Assembly: GCA_016182485.1 (NCBI GenBank) | Contig: JACPGH010000003.1 | Coordinates: 70,331-134,330 of the forward strand | Direction of reading: 5' to 3' | Source of the DNA: Candidatus Kaiserbacteria bacterium | Lineage (GTDB): Bacteria; Patescibacteriota; Minisyncoccia; Phycocordibacterales; Phycocordibacteraceae | Length of the DNA: 64,000 nt | Shown: positions 9,586 through 18,808 of the stretch, one piece after another | Numbering within the stretch: the stretch's first letter is position 1 | How the letters are laid out: each line of letters begins with the position of its first letter | The notes under the pieces: generated by a model | Database searches by the model: none | What the model was told of the DNA's origin: nothing | What the model saw: only the letters and a program-made list of their open reading frames with translations | Position numbers and translations under genes: made by a program

Positions 9586-9845
9586 GCCGAGATAGCTCAG
9601 CTGGTAGAGCAGCGCCATGGTGGGTCGCAAACCCTGCCCACGATTTTCGCAAGAAAATCGCGAATCCCGAATAACGGTCAATAGCTCCACGAGCCGAGAC
9701 CGTGGCCCGAGTCATTAGCGGGCCCGAACGACTGACAAGGGTGTCCCTTGCGGACAAAGATACAGTCTAGCCCTCTTTATGTGGTTAAAAAAAGAGGTGA
9801 AAGCGAAGGCGCAGGTCCCCGGTTCAATCCCGGGTCTCGGCTCCA
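9586..9845 (+). tRNA. tRNA-Thr(GGT), intron-containing (exons 9586..9621 and 9806..9845)
   Basis: The joined exons give a 76-nt cloverleaf: GCCGAGA/TCTCGGC, anticodon arm GCGCC-ATGGTAA-GGCGC, T-loop TTCAATC, ending TCCA. Confidence 0.9.
9622..9805 (+). ncRNA. Group I intron (184 nt) at tRNA position 36/37
   Basis: Follows an exon U and ends in G; P2 CGATTTTC-GCAA-GAAAATCG; P4 ACGGTC/GACCGT; P7 GACTG/CAGTC; J8/7 AAGATA; P8 TGTCC/GGACA; P9 CCTCTTT/AAAGAGG. Confidence 0.85.
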
Positions 9846-9889
9846 AAATCAAACCCAAAGGAATTCCGCCGGCGGCAATGCAGATACAA

Positions 9890-11092
9890 CTACAATCCGA
9901 TGACCCGCATGAACTCTGCGGGAGTCGTGATGCCCTGCATCACTTTGTCTACCGCGATCTGACGCATGGCCGGATGCACTTTTGTTTTAAGCAGATCGCG
10001 CAGAGAAACAGCCGGATTGCTCTGCATCACATTCTCCTTTATCTCATCGTCGAAATGAACGACTTCGAATAGGCCGGTACGGCCGGCGTAGCCGGTACCG
10101 TGGCAAACTTCGCATCCTTTCCCGCGTTTGAGCATATATTCCCCTGCAGGCAATCCAAGAAGCTTTAGATCGCTTTCGATCGCAGGTACGTCTTCAGCGC
10201 AGGCGCTGCATATCTTGCGTACGAGCCGCGAAGAAATAACGCCGGTAAGCGCGTGCGAGACAACCGAGCGCGGGATGCCCATTTCTATCAGGCGGATGAT
10301 TATTCCGGGTATGTCAAAAGTATGGAATGTCGAGAAAACCAAACGGCCGGTCAATGCCGCCTGAAACGTCATCATTGCTGTTTCCGAATCGCGGATCTCG
10401 CCGAGCATTATGATGTCCGGATCTTGGCGCACGATTGCCCGCATGCCTTTTGCGAAACTCCACCCGATGGTCTCGTTAACTTGCATTTGGCGAAAGTCAG
10501 GAATTTGGTATTCGATCGGGTCTTCTAGTGTTATGATATTAAGCTGGGTATTATTGAGCGTTCGCAGGAATAGATACAATAGCGTCGTTTTGCCGCTCCC
10601 CATCGGCCCCGTGATGATAATAATCCCGTATGGGGAATAAATAATTTTCTTTACAGTTTCAAGCTGCTCCGGCGTAAAGCCAATGTTGTCCATAGTTTCT
10701 GCCACGCTGTTTCGATTCAACAGGCGTAGCACGACTGCCTCGCCATAAACCGTCGGAGTTGTCGACACGCGAAAGCCGACCACTTGATTGCTCTGCGGAT
10801 AGAGAAATTCGAAATGTCCGTCCTGCGGCATGCGTTTTTCGACGATATCCATCTTCGCCGAAACTTTGATAAGCGAGGTGACGGATTCGGGCGAGACTTT
10901 TTCGAACTGGCCGAGCGTGTACAGTAACCCATCGACGCGTATGCGTGCTACCATGCCGTTTGGAACCGGATCGAGATGAATGTCAGAGGCACCGAGCATC
11001 ACTGCCTGCTCTAAAATGCCTTCCAACACCGCGGAGGGATCATCGGAATGCAAGGTCATTGATTGTTCAGGTTGGGCGAGTGTAATTTCCAT
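9890..11092 (-). CDS. GspE/PilB-family pilus assembly ATPase
   Basis: ASDIH, PQDG, Walker A GPMGSGKTT, LEDPIEY, RQDPDIIMLGEIRD and a tetracysteine motif CSAC...CEVC. Confidence 0.92.
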   Translation of the reverse strand: MEITLAQPEQSMTLHSDDPSAVLEGILEQAVMLGASDIHLDPVPNGMVARIRVDGLLYTLGQFEKVSPESVTSLIKVSAKMDIVEKRMPQDGHFEFLYPQSNQVVGFRVSTTPTVYGEAVVLRLLNRNSVAETMDNIGFTPEQLETVKKIIYSPYGIIIITGPMGSGKTTLLYLFLRTLNNTQLNIITLEDPIEYQIPDFRQMQVNETIGWSFAKGMRAIVRQDPDIIMLGEIRDSETAMMTFQAALTGRLVFSTFHTFDIPGIIIRLIEMGIPRSVVSHALTGVISSRLVRKICSACAEDVPAIESDLKLLGLPAGEYMLKRGKGCEVCHGTGYAGRTGLFEVVHFDDEIKENVMQSNPAVSLRDLLKTKVHPAMRQIAVDKVMQGITTPAEFMRVIGL

Positions 11093-11217
11093 AGGGATAA
11101 ATGATACCACTCAGAATAGCTGTTCCCGGTCAATCCACAGGCCTGGAATTCTGTGCAGCAATGGCCGTAATAGAAAGCACTTGCTCAATAATGATCTGTG
11201 TTATATTTTTGCAGTCC

Positions 11218-11293
11218 GCCGCCCTAGCTCAGATGGTAGAGCATCGCATTCGTAACGCGAAGGTCCGGAGTTCGATTCTCCGGGGCGGCTCCA
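11218..11293 (+). tRNA. tRNA-Thr(CGT)
   Basis: GCCGCCC/GGGCGGC acceptor, anticodon loop TTCGTAA, T-loop TTCGATT, ending TCCA. Confidence 0.92.
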
Positions 11294-11344
11294 AAATTCT
11301 ACGTATTAAAGCGAAATGCGGGCTGCAGCGGTCGAAACCGACTG

Positions 11345-11788
11345 TCAGCCCGCACTTTTGAGAGCCCGCGTGCCGCACCACCGCATCGCTTCGTCGATGA
11401 GAACTCGGTGCGGCTCGAGAACATCCTTCATGAGCCGGACAGCCTCATGTCCGAAGGTCGCGACGATGGTCGGCTGTCCGTCCTCATCACCTACGAGCGC
11501 GTGCTCGTTCAGCTTCTCTTCCGAGACGCAGGCGATGCATAGGAATGGCCGATATGCCGCTCCCCGTTGCTCCACTGAATGGAGGGTGAGTCCCGAGAGC
11601 TCAAGACCGGCTTCCTCAAGGACCTCACGGCGGGCGGCTTCGATAATGCTCTCCCCCTGAGAGACGGAGCCGCCGGGCAGCTTCCACATAGCCCCCGACC
11701 GGTGCGCTTCCTTCACGAGCAGAATGCGCGTCGGAGATAATACACAGGTCATGACTGCGCCGCGGTCGGGTCCGCGTGCGATTGCCAT
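11345..11788 (-). CDS. NUDIX hydrolase
   Basis: WKLPGGSVSQGESIIEAARREVLEEAGL NUDIX box; GGAGGT SD upstream. Confidence 0.85.
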   Translation of the reverse strand: MAIARGPDRGAVMTCVLSPTRILLVKEAHRSGAMWKLPGGSVSQGESIIEAARREVLEEAGLELSGLTLHSVEQRGAAYRPFLCIACVSEEKLNEHALVGDEDGQPTIVATFGHEAVRLMKDVLEPHRVLIDEAMRWCGTRALKSAG

Positions 11789-11894
11789 CTGGCTCACCTC
11801 CTCTCGATCGCACGAATGTACAGCCGATTATAATTATACTATCTGTCAATAAGATTGTCCACTATGTGCCAAAAACGTGGTATAATCTAGGTCT

Positions 11895-12776
11895 ATGGCC
11901 AACAGGGAAGAGAGGCTCAAGGAGCTCGAAGCGATGATGGCGTCGCCCGATTTTTGGCTGGATAAAGGGACGGCACAGGCCCTCGTGCAGGAATACCAGA
12001 GCTTAAAGGCGGGTCCGCCGGCTGGCGGAGGCGACCCGCACGACAGCGGAAATGCGACTCTCGCTATCCTCGCTGGTGCCGGCGGCGACGATGCCGAGGA
12101 TTTCGCGCGGATGCTTCGGCGCATGTACGAAGGCTACGCGGGGAAGAAAGGGTGGCGGGTTCGGGAGCTACATGCCAACGAGAACGACCATGGCGGTTAT
12201 CGCAACTTGCTGCTTGAGATTTCGGGCGCCGGCGCCTACGGGCGTTTAAAGCACGAGGCGGGAGTGCATCGGCTCGTACGCCAGTCGCCATTCAATGCGA
12301 ACGCGAAGCGCCAGACTTCTTTCACGCTCGTCGAAGTGCTCCCTGAAGTGCTTCCAACAGAAAACATCCAACTACCAACAGAAGAACTTGAGATACAGTT
12401 CGCGCGCTCGGGCGGCGCGGGCGGCCAGAACGTCAATAAGCGCGAAACGGCGGTGCGCATCCTCCATAAGCCGACCAATGTCTCCGCGCATGTCTCGAGC
12501 GAGCGCAGTCAGCTCGCCAATCGCGAGAAGGCGCTTGAGCTTATCAAGGCTAAATTGTTCGCGCGCCGCGAAGCGGCGCGCGAAGCGGAGCAGAAGGGGC
12601 GCTCGGTGGCCGCGACCACAGCCAACGAGTGGGGCAGCCAGATCCGCTCCTACGTCCTCCATCCTTACAAAATGGTCAAGGACCACCGTACGGAGCACGA
12701 ATCGCACGATCCCGACTCGGTCCTCGCCGGCGATCTGGACGAATTTGTAGACGCCGCCGTGGCGGGTGCGTTATAA
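11895..12776 (+). CDS. prfB: Peptide chain release factor 2 (short N-terminal domain)
   Basis: SPF specificity tripeptide (RQSPFN), GGQ motif and [13 protein letters not shown]. Confidence 0.93.
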   Translation: MANREERLKELEAMMASPDFWLDKGTAQALVQEYQSLKAGPPAGGGDPHDSGNATLAILAGAGGDDAEDFARMLRRMYEGYAGKKGWRVRELHANENDHGGYRNLLLEISGAGAYGRLKHEAGVHRLVRQSPFNANAKRQTSFTLVEVLPEVLPTENIQLPTEELEIQFARSGGAGGQNVNKRETAVRILHKPTNVSAHVSSERSQLANREKALELIKAKLFARREAAREAEQKGRSVAATTANEWGSQIRSYVLHPYKMVKDHRTEHESHDPDSVLAGDLDEFVDAAVAGAL

Positions 12777-12794
12777 TCTAATTGCATGTTTTCT

Positions 12795-12829
12795 TTCCAG
12801 TCACTAGTCTCCGGCCTCTAGTTCTCTAG
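12795..12829. repeat. Degenerate heptamer tandem repeat upstream of ftsE
   Basis: TTCCAGT CACTAGT CTCCGGC CTCTAGT TCTCTAG. Confidence 0.45.
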
Positions 12830-12832
12830 GGT

Positions 12833-13510
12833 ATGATCTATTTCGACAAGGTTACGAAGCGCTACGGAGACGCTATTGCGCTCGAGGACATTACTCTCTC
12901 GGTCGCCCCGAAGGAATTCGTCTCGATAGTCGGGCACTCCGGAGCGGGCAAAACAACGCTCCTGAAGCTTCTATTGGCCGAAGAACGCCCATCGGACGGC
13001 TCGGTATTTTTCGAGTCGATCAACGTGAACGACCTGCCATCGTCCGCCCTGCACCATTATCGCCGCAAGATAGGCATGGTATTTCAGGATTTCCGCCTCA
13101 TTCCGAACAAGACTGCCTACGAGAACATCGCATTCGCAATGGAGGCCATCGGTCGCACCGACGACGAGATCGCGAGCGACGTCCCGTACATCCTCGAGCT
13201 CGTCAATCTGGGCGACAAGGCCCGGCACTTCCCGGACCAGCTCTCGGGCGGCGAGAAGCAGCGCATCGCGATCGGGCGGGCCATCATCAACCAGCCGGAT
13301 CTGGTGGTGGCCGATGAGCCGACGGGCAACCTCGACCCCATCAACGCGTATGAGGTTGTGGAGATCCTGAAGAAGATAAACGAGCTCGGCACGACTATCA
13401 TCATCACTACGCACAATAAGGGCATCGTGGACGCAGTCGGCAAGCGCGTCGTCACCATGGATCGGGGGAAGGTAGTGCGCGATGATGCGAAAGGCAAGTA
13501 TGTCTTGTAG
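12833..13510 (+). CDS. ftsE: Cell division ATP-binding protein FtsE
   Basis: GHSGAGKTT, VFQDFRL, LSGGEKQR and ADEPTGNLD; upstream of ftsX. Confidence 0.93.
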   Translation: MIYFDKVTKRYGDAIALEDITLSVAPKEFVSIVGHSGAGKTTLLKLLLAEERPSDGSVFFESINVNDLPSSALHHYRRKIGMVFQDFRLIPNKTAYENIAFAMEAIGRTDDEIASDVPYILELVNLGDKARHFPDQLSGGEKQRIAIGRAIINQPDLVVADEPTGNLDPINAYEVVEILKKINELGTTIIITTHNKGIVDAVGKRVVTMDRGKVVRDDAKGKYVL

Positions 13511-13522
13511 AATCAGCCTATG

Positions 13523-13656
13523 CCCGGTAGGACAACATGGCATCGTATCTTCGCTCCCAGCAATTGTGGAAAGCACCAGTGGCCGGCTATTATTAGATGT
13601 AATGAGCATTGCCGAACAGTTGATACGAGGAGCAATGCCATGTTGTCCTAACCGGG
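13523..13656. mobile_element. MITE-like 134-bp element with about 21-bp terminal inverted repeats and a TATG target duplication
   Basis: CCCGGTAGGACAACATGGCAT ... ATGCCATGTTGTCCTAACCGGG, flanked by TATG at 13519-13522 and 13657-13660. Confidence 0.7.
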
Positions 13657-13657
13657 T

Positions 13658-14584
13658 ATGAACTGGATGGTGATGCGGCGCGTGCTGGGGAGCGGAGCGA
13701 AGAACTTCGCGCGCGGCGGCGCCGTCTCGGCGGCTACCGTACTAATCATGACCGTGACGCTCGGCATCATCGGTTCCCTGATCTTCCTCTCCGCCCTGCT
13801 CTCCTACACGCTAACCATCATCAAAGACAAGGTGGACGTGACTGCATATTTCATCACGACGGCGGCCGAAGGAGAGATCCTCGGAGTGAAAGAGCAGCTC
13901 GAGAAACTGCCGCAGGTGCGCAGCGTTTCTTACTCCTCCGCCGAAGAGAATCTCGCCTCCTTCCGCGCCCGGCACGCCACCGACCAGCTGACGCTCCAGG
14001 CCCTCGATGAGCTCGGCGGCAACCCGCTCTCCGCCTCGCTTGAGGTGCGCGCCAAGGATCCCTCCGAATACGAGAGCATCGTCAATTTTCTGGAAGCCTC
14101 GCCTACGCTCTCGGCGGGCGGAGCTTCGATCATCAGCCGCGTTAATTACTGGCAGAATAAGGAAGTTATCGATCGGCTCACGTTAGCTATTCGGGCGACC
14201 CGCGATATAGGATTCGCGGTGGTCACCCTCTTCGCCATAGCTTCGATCCTTATTGCCTTCGCGACCATCCGGCTCGCGATATATACCGCGCGCGATGAGA
14301 TCGCCGTCATGCGGCTCATGGGCGCCTCTAATTCCTACATTAGGGGGCCGTTCGTAGTCACAGGGGTCATCACGGGCGTAATCGCCTCAATTCTCATACT
14401 TATCATCTTCTGGCCTCTCTCCTGGTATGCCGGCGTAAAGACGTCTAACTGGTTCAACGGCTTCAATGTCGCGCAATATTACGGCAGACATTTCGTCCTC
14501 TTCTTCTCCGTGCTCGTAAGCTCGGGCATGGTACTCGGCGCGATCGCGTCGATATTTGCTATCCGCAAGTACCTGAAGGTTTGA
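13658..14584 (+). CDS. ftsX: Cell division permease FtsX
   Basis: 1+3 TM layout; NPLSASLEV; TIRLAIYTARDEIAVMRLMGASNSYIRGPF. Confidence 0.92.
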   Translation: MNWMVMRRVLGSGAKNFARGGAVSAATVLIMTVTLGIIGSLIFLSALLSYTLTIIKDKVDVTAYFITTAAEGEILGVKEQLEKLPQVRSVSYSSAEENLASFRARHATDQLTLQALDELGGNPLSASLEVRAKDPSEYESIVNFLEASPTLSAGGASIISRVNYWQNKEVIDRLTLAIRATRDIGFAVVTLFAIASILIAFATIRLAIYTARDEIAVMRLMGASNSYIRGPFVVTGVITGVIASILILIIFWPLSWYAGVKTSNWFNGFNVAQYYGRHFVLFFSVLVSSGMVLGAIASIFAIRKYLKV

Positions 14585-14589
14585 GGGGT

Positions 14590-16323
14590 ATGGCGCGCGA
14601 CGGACATAAGTACATATTCGTCTTAGGCGGGGTGATGAGCGGCGTAGGGAAGGGGGTCGCAGTCAGCTCGATCGGCCTGATTCTCGAGCAGAGCGGCCAC
14701 CCGGTAAATCTGGTGAAGATAGATCCCTATCTCAACGTAGACGCCGGCACGATGAATCCCACCGAGCACGGCGAAGTGTTCGTCTTAAAGAGCGGGCTCG
14801 AGACAGACCAGGACATGGGCAATTACGAGCGGTTTCTCGGCCGCGATCTCACGAACGACGACTACATGACGAGCGGCATGGTCTACCAGGCCGTTATCAA
14901 CCGCGAGCGCGCGCTGGGCTATGGTGGCAAATGCGTGGAGGCGATTCCGCACATCCGAGATGAGATCATCCGCCGCATCGAAGCGGCGGCTTCGTATAAC
15001 GGCAGTCGCATCTCGGTCATCGAGATCGGCGGAACGATCGGCGATTTCCAGAACGCGCTCTTTATCGAGGCGGCGCGGGTACTCAAAATGCAGCGCCCAG
15101 AGGACGTGTTGTTCGTCATGGTTTCGTATCTGCCGACCCCTGGCACTCTGGGAGAGATGAAAACGAAGCCGACGCAGACGGCCGTCCGGGATCTCAATTC
15201 CTACGGCGTACAGCCGGATTTCATTATCGCGCGCTCCAAGGAGCCGGTGGACGAGAAGCGCAAGGAGAAACTCGCGATCTGGTGCAACGTCCGCAAGGAT
15301 CATGTGATCTCGGCACCGGATATCAAGTCTATTTACGAGGCGCCGCTCAACTTCGAGAAGGACAAGATCGGCGAGATGTTACTCGAGGCGCTTCATTTAA
15401 ACAGCGCGAAGAAGCCGAATCTCTCCAAATGGAGCAAATTCGTGAAGGCGGCCATGAACAAGACTGCGCCGGAAGTCTCGATCGCGATAGTGGGAAAATA
15501 TTTTGATACGGGCGATTTCGTGCTCTCGGACGCGTACCTGTCGGTCATCGAGGCAATAAAATTCTCGGCCGCGGCGCTCGGCCAGCGAGCGAAGATAAGC
15601 TGGGTCAATTCAAAAGATATTGAAAAAGCCTGCCTGCCGGCAGGCAGGGGCGGCGCGAAGGCGCTCGCGGCACTGGCCGGCTATCACGGCATTATAGTGC
15701 CGGGCGGCTTCGGCGAGAGCGGGATAGAAGGGAAGATCAGGGCCATTCAATACGCGCGCGAGCACAAAATCCCTTACTTCGGCCTCTGCTACGGGATGCA
15801 GCTCATGGTGATCGAATATGCGCGCCATGTCCTCGGTTTGAAGCGCGCGCACACTACTGAAATCCAGAAAAATTCCGAAGATCCTATAGTAGACGTGATG
15901 CTCGAGCAGAAGAAGCATTTAGCCGATAACAAGTACGGCGGCACCATGCGGCTCGGCTCCTATCCGGCCTACCTCAAGAAGGGGACGATGGCGCGCGCGG
16001 CGTATAAGAAAGAGCTTATCGAAGAGCGACACCGCCATCGCTACGAGATCAATCCGGCCTATGTGAAAAAGCTCGAGGCGGCCGGCCTCGTCTTCTCCGG
16101 CACTTCACCGGACGGCGTACTCATGGAGATAGCGGAATTGCCGCGTGCGGAGCATCCCTTCATGCTCGGGACGCAATTCCACCCCGAGCTCCAGGCGCGC
16201 CCGCTCGCGCCGCACCCGCTCTTCACAGAATTCCTGAAAGCGGCAGTCGCGCAGAAAAAGAAAAAGCATTTGGTATCAGCAGTCGTTAGGAAAGCTGTCG
16301 GGAGACTTGCGAGAAAGAAATAA
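14590..16323 (+). CDS. pyrG: CTP synthase
   Basis: GGVMSGVGKG, KIDPYLNVDAGTMNPTEHGEVFV, GLCYGMQ, RHRHRYE and QFHPE. Confidence 0.97.
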   Translation: MARDGHKYIFVLGGVMSGVGKGVAVSSIGLILEQSGHPVNLVKIDPYLNVDAGTMNPTEHGEVFVLKSGLETDQDMGNYERFLGRDLTNDDYMTSGMVYQAVINRERALGYGGKCVEAIPHIRDEIIRRIEAAASYNGSRISVIEIGGTIGDFQNALFIEAARVLKMQRPEDVLFVMVSYLPTPGTLGEMKTKPTQTAVRDLNSYGVQPDFIIARSKEPVDEKRKEKLAIWCNVRKDHVISAPDIKSIYEAPLNFEKDKIGEMLLEALHLNSAKKPNLSKWSKFVKAAMNKTAPEVSIAIVGKYFDTGDFVLSDAYLSVIEAIKFSAAALGQRAKISWVNSKDIEKACLPAGRGGAKALAALAGYHGIIVPGGFGESGIEGKIRAIQYAREHKIPYFGLCYGMQLMVIEYARHVLGLKRAHTTEIQKNSEDPIVDVMLEQKKHLADNKYGGTMRLGSYPAYLKKGTMARAAYKKELIEERHRHRYEINPAYVKKLEAAGLVFSGTSPDGVLMEIAELPRAEHPFMLGTQFHPELQARPLAPHPLFTEFLKAAVAQKKKKHLVSAVVRKAVGRLARKK

Positions 16324-16330
16324 TCGTATC

Positions 16331-17272
16331 ATGTATGATCCCTCGAAGCCCTATAAGCGCAAGATACTCCGATTGAACAAAAGTACCTGGCAAACGCCGT
16401 ACGTTTCGATACGCGCCGGCACCTACCCGGTCATTACTAAGAAATTCAAAGGTCCGGAAGTCCATCATTCCGATGGCATCGGAACAAAGGGCGTCTACCA
16501 CTGGCGCAAAAGAAGTTTCAAGAATGCGGTTATTGACGCGTTTGCAATGAACGCGAACGATATCGCGATGGCTGGAGCCATACCATACGGGCTCCAAGAC
16601 CACATTGTCGTGCCAGAGGTGGGGGAGCGGGCTATATTGGAGATTATTCGAGCGCTTACCGCACTGTGCCGCAAATATAAGGTCGCGATCACGGGCGGCG
16701 AGACATCCCATCATGACAATGTGGAGGCGCTTGATATCGGCATCGTTATGGCAAGCTTCCTTCCGAAGCCGCGAACCAATCGTTTTAAGCGCGGCGACGT
16801 TCTGATCGGTTTGGAAAGCTCCGGCCTTCATTCGAACGGCTTTACGAAAGTGCGCGGCCTATTCGGTAAGAATGAATGGCGCGCTGATTTTATCCGGCCG
16901 ACTAGCATCTATCTCGATACGATCCGCGGATTTCTCAAGAAATACGAGATACACGGCATGATGCATATCACCGGCGGGGCCTTCACGAAGCTCAAGGATT
17001 TGCTCAAAGACGCAGATGCCATTATAAGCCACCCGAGCAAACTTCAGCCCCACGCCATATTCCGCGAACTTTTCGAGCGGGGCGTTTCAGACAAGCAGAT
17101 GTACACGACCTTTAACTGTGGCATCGGTTTCGTGCTTTCAGTTCCCGAACGCGAAGCGGCAGAGATCATCATGAAAACAAGAAATGCGGCCGTGATCGGC
17201 AAGATAGTGTCAGGCAACGGCCTTGTTCGGATCCAATCGGCCTTCACGGGCAAGACAGTCATCATCTTGTGA
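16331..17272 (+). CDS. purM: AIR synthase (PurM family) with atypical N-terminus
   Basis: SDGIGTKG, AMNANDI, GGETS, SSGLHSNGF, HITGGAF and TFNCGIG. Confidence 0.85.
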   Translation: MYDPSKPYKRKILRLNKSTWQTPYVSIRAGTYPVITKKFKGPEVHHSDGIGTKGVYHWRKRSFKNAVIDAFAMNANDIAMAGAIPYGLQDHIVVPEVGERAILEIIRALTALCRKYKVAITGGETSHHDNVEALDIGIVMASFLPKPRTNRFKRGDVLIGLESSGLHSNGFTKVRGLFGKNEWRADFIRPTSIYLDTIRGFLKKYEIHGMMHITGGAFTKLKDLLKDADAIISHPSKLQPHAIFRELFERGVSDKQMYTTFNCGIGFVLSVPEREAAEIIMKTRNAAVIGKIVSGNGLVRIQSAFTGKTVIIL

Positions 17273-17294
17273 TCGCTTATAATATGATGGACTT

Positions 17295-17603
17295 ATGGCA
17301 CTCGAAGTAGAGGCAAAGTTCCTCCATATCGATCCGCAAGATATTTCGCAGAAGCTTGAGGCTAGAGGAGCAGAGTTTCTGGGGGAACAACTTTTCAGCT
17401 CGACCACGTTCGATTTTCCCGGTTTTCCGCTCGATAAAAAGGCGGCTTGGATTCGGTTGCGCAAGGAGGGCGATAGAGTGAAGCTCGCATATAAACAGCG
17501 CCTCGCGCGGCTCAAGAGCTGGGAATTGAACCGGCGAACAAGCACATCTGTTCGGCCACGCAAGTGTATGAGCTCGCCGGCATCCGCGATAAGGATTTTA
17601 TAA
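17295..17603 (+). pseudogene. Truncated CYTH/class IV adenylate cyclase-like gene
   Basis: EVEAK and WIRLRKEGDRVKLAYK, after which similarity is lost; the C-terminal half is missing and the ORF abuts a convergent ASCH gene. Confidence 0.6.
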
Positions 17604-18068
17604 AGATGACGTTCTCCGAGTGGGTTCTGCGCGAACCTTCGTAATCCTCGATACGTTCCTTACGGTGATCCAGGCGGACATCGCGCCGAAACCGGATTTG
17701 TCGATATCGAACGGCTTTACCGATCGCGAATTTTCTAAAAAGACAAGCAGACAGTATTTTTTATTCTTGAATCTCTCATAAAAACTCGAAAGACTTCTCC
17801 TCTCGAGCCCGTCTGCTTTGCCGTAAATTCTTAATATCTCTTTCACGCGCGCCGGTGTCAAGTCAGCAAATTGCAGCACTTTTTTGACCGTGCTTTTGAG
17901 AGTGATCGGTTCGCCGGAATTCTTGAAATAAACCGTATCTCCCGCTTTTATCCTATCCCACGGCGCGCAGCGCATGGCATACCACCTGGATTCTATCTTT
18001 TTCTCGCCTGATAGAATTTTTTCAGTAAGCCCCCAGGACTTACGCATGATCGCGATGTGTTTCATCAT
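17598..18068 (-). CDS. ASCH domain protein
   Basis: EKILSGEKKIESR (GxKxxExR) and IKAGDTVYFK. Confidence 0.8.
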   Translation of the reverse strand: MMKHIAIMRKSWGLTEKILSGEKKIESRWYAMRCAPWDRIKAGDTVYFKNSGEPITLKSTVKKVLQFADLTPARVKEILRIYGKADGLERRSLSSFYERFKNKKYCLLVFLENSRSVKPFDIDKSGFGAMSAWITVRNVSRITKVRAEPTRRTSSL

Positions 18069-18104
18069 CCCTTATGATAATCTGCTTTTATAGGCGAACA
18101 TACC

Positions 18105-18650
18105 ATGGAGAAATTCAGACGAGAGTCATATATGGGGAAAAATATTGAGCCGCTCGGCGAAGGGAGGGAAAAGGAAGTGTTCGTCTCGCCGAACGATCCC
18201 GACAAGGTCGTGGGGATCATGAAAGAATCCGCAGAAAGCGCGGAAGAGGCGAAAGCGGAGTTTTATCTGACCAAGATATTGCATCTCCTGCATCCTGAGC
18301 TGGTGCCCGATATATCCGCACGAACGACGGAACCGAACGCCGTCGAGCGGGAGCGCGTGTTCGGAGGCGAGAGCACATTCAGGCAAAATGACGCCGTGAA
18401 AGACGGGCTCTTTGCGCTCGGCGTAAAGCTCGACAGTAAGCCAAGCAACTATATCGCCGAAGCGGATAAGCCGGCGCGTTACGTGGATACCGTTAAAACC
18501 TGGCTTAGGAACGGGGAGCGCAATTACGACCCGGATAAGATCAGAGAAGCTGTCGCCGCGCTTCCCGAGCCGGATAGGGCGGGCGCGCTCGCATATCTGG
18601 CAAGGCTCGAGGCCCTGCACGCCGCGCGATTTCCTGCGGATACAGTATGA
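18105..18650 (+). CDS. Hypothetical protein
   Basis: 181 aa ORF of protein-like composition; LGEGREKEVF and NY..YVD weakly resemble a degenerate kinase fold. Confidence 0.5.
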   Translation: MEKFRRESYMGKNIEPLGEGREKEVFVSPNDPDKVVGIMKESAESAEEAKAEFYLTKILHLLHPELVPDISARTTEPNAVERERVFGGESTFRQNDAVKDGLFALGVKLDSKPSNYIAEADKPARYVDTVKTWLRNGERNYDPDKIREAVAALPEPDRAGALAYLARLEALHAARFPADTV

Positions 18651-18808
18651 AAAACGGAAAAAAGAAAAGCGGATATGTTGCACAGACATATCAAAGATAA
18701 TAGACGACCGTCGCGTATCTTTGATATGCAGTTTCCGGAAGTGGGGACTTAAAATATCCGTAAATTTGAACCGCCCGCGCCGGAGGCGCGGGCGAGTGAA
18801 TCGGCCGG

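Noticed and set aside
9586-9845. Reading the split tRNA as His(GTG) or Phe(GAA), or treating the overlapping ORFs at 9448-10072 as genes
   Set aside because: Only the ATGGT|AA junction gives a 7-nt loop with U/G splice boundaries. The ORFs are shadows of the RNA gene.
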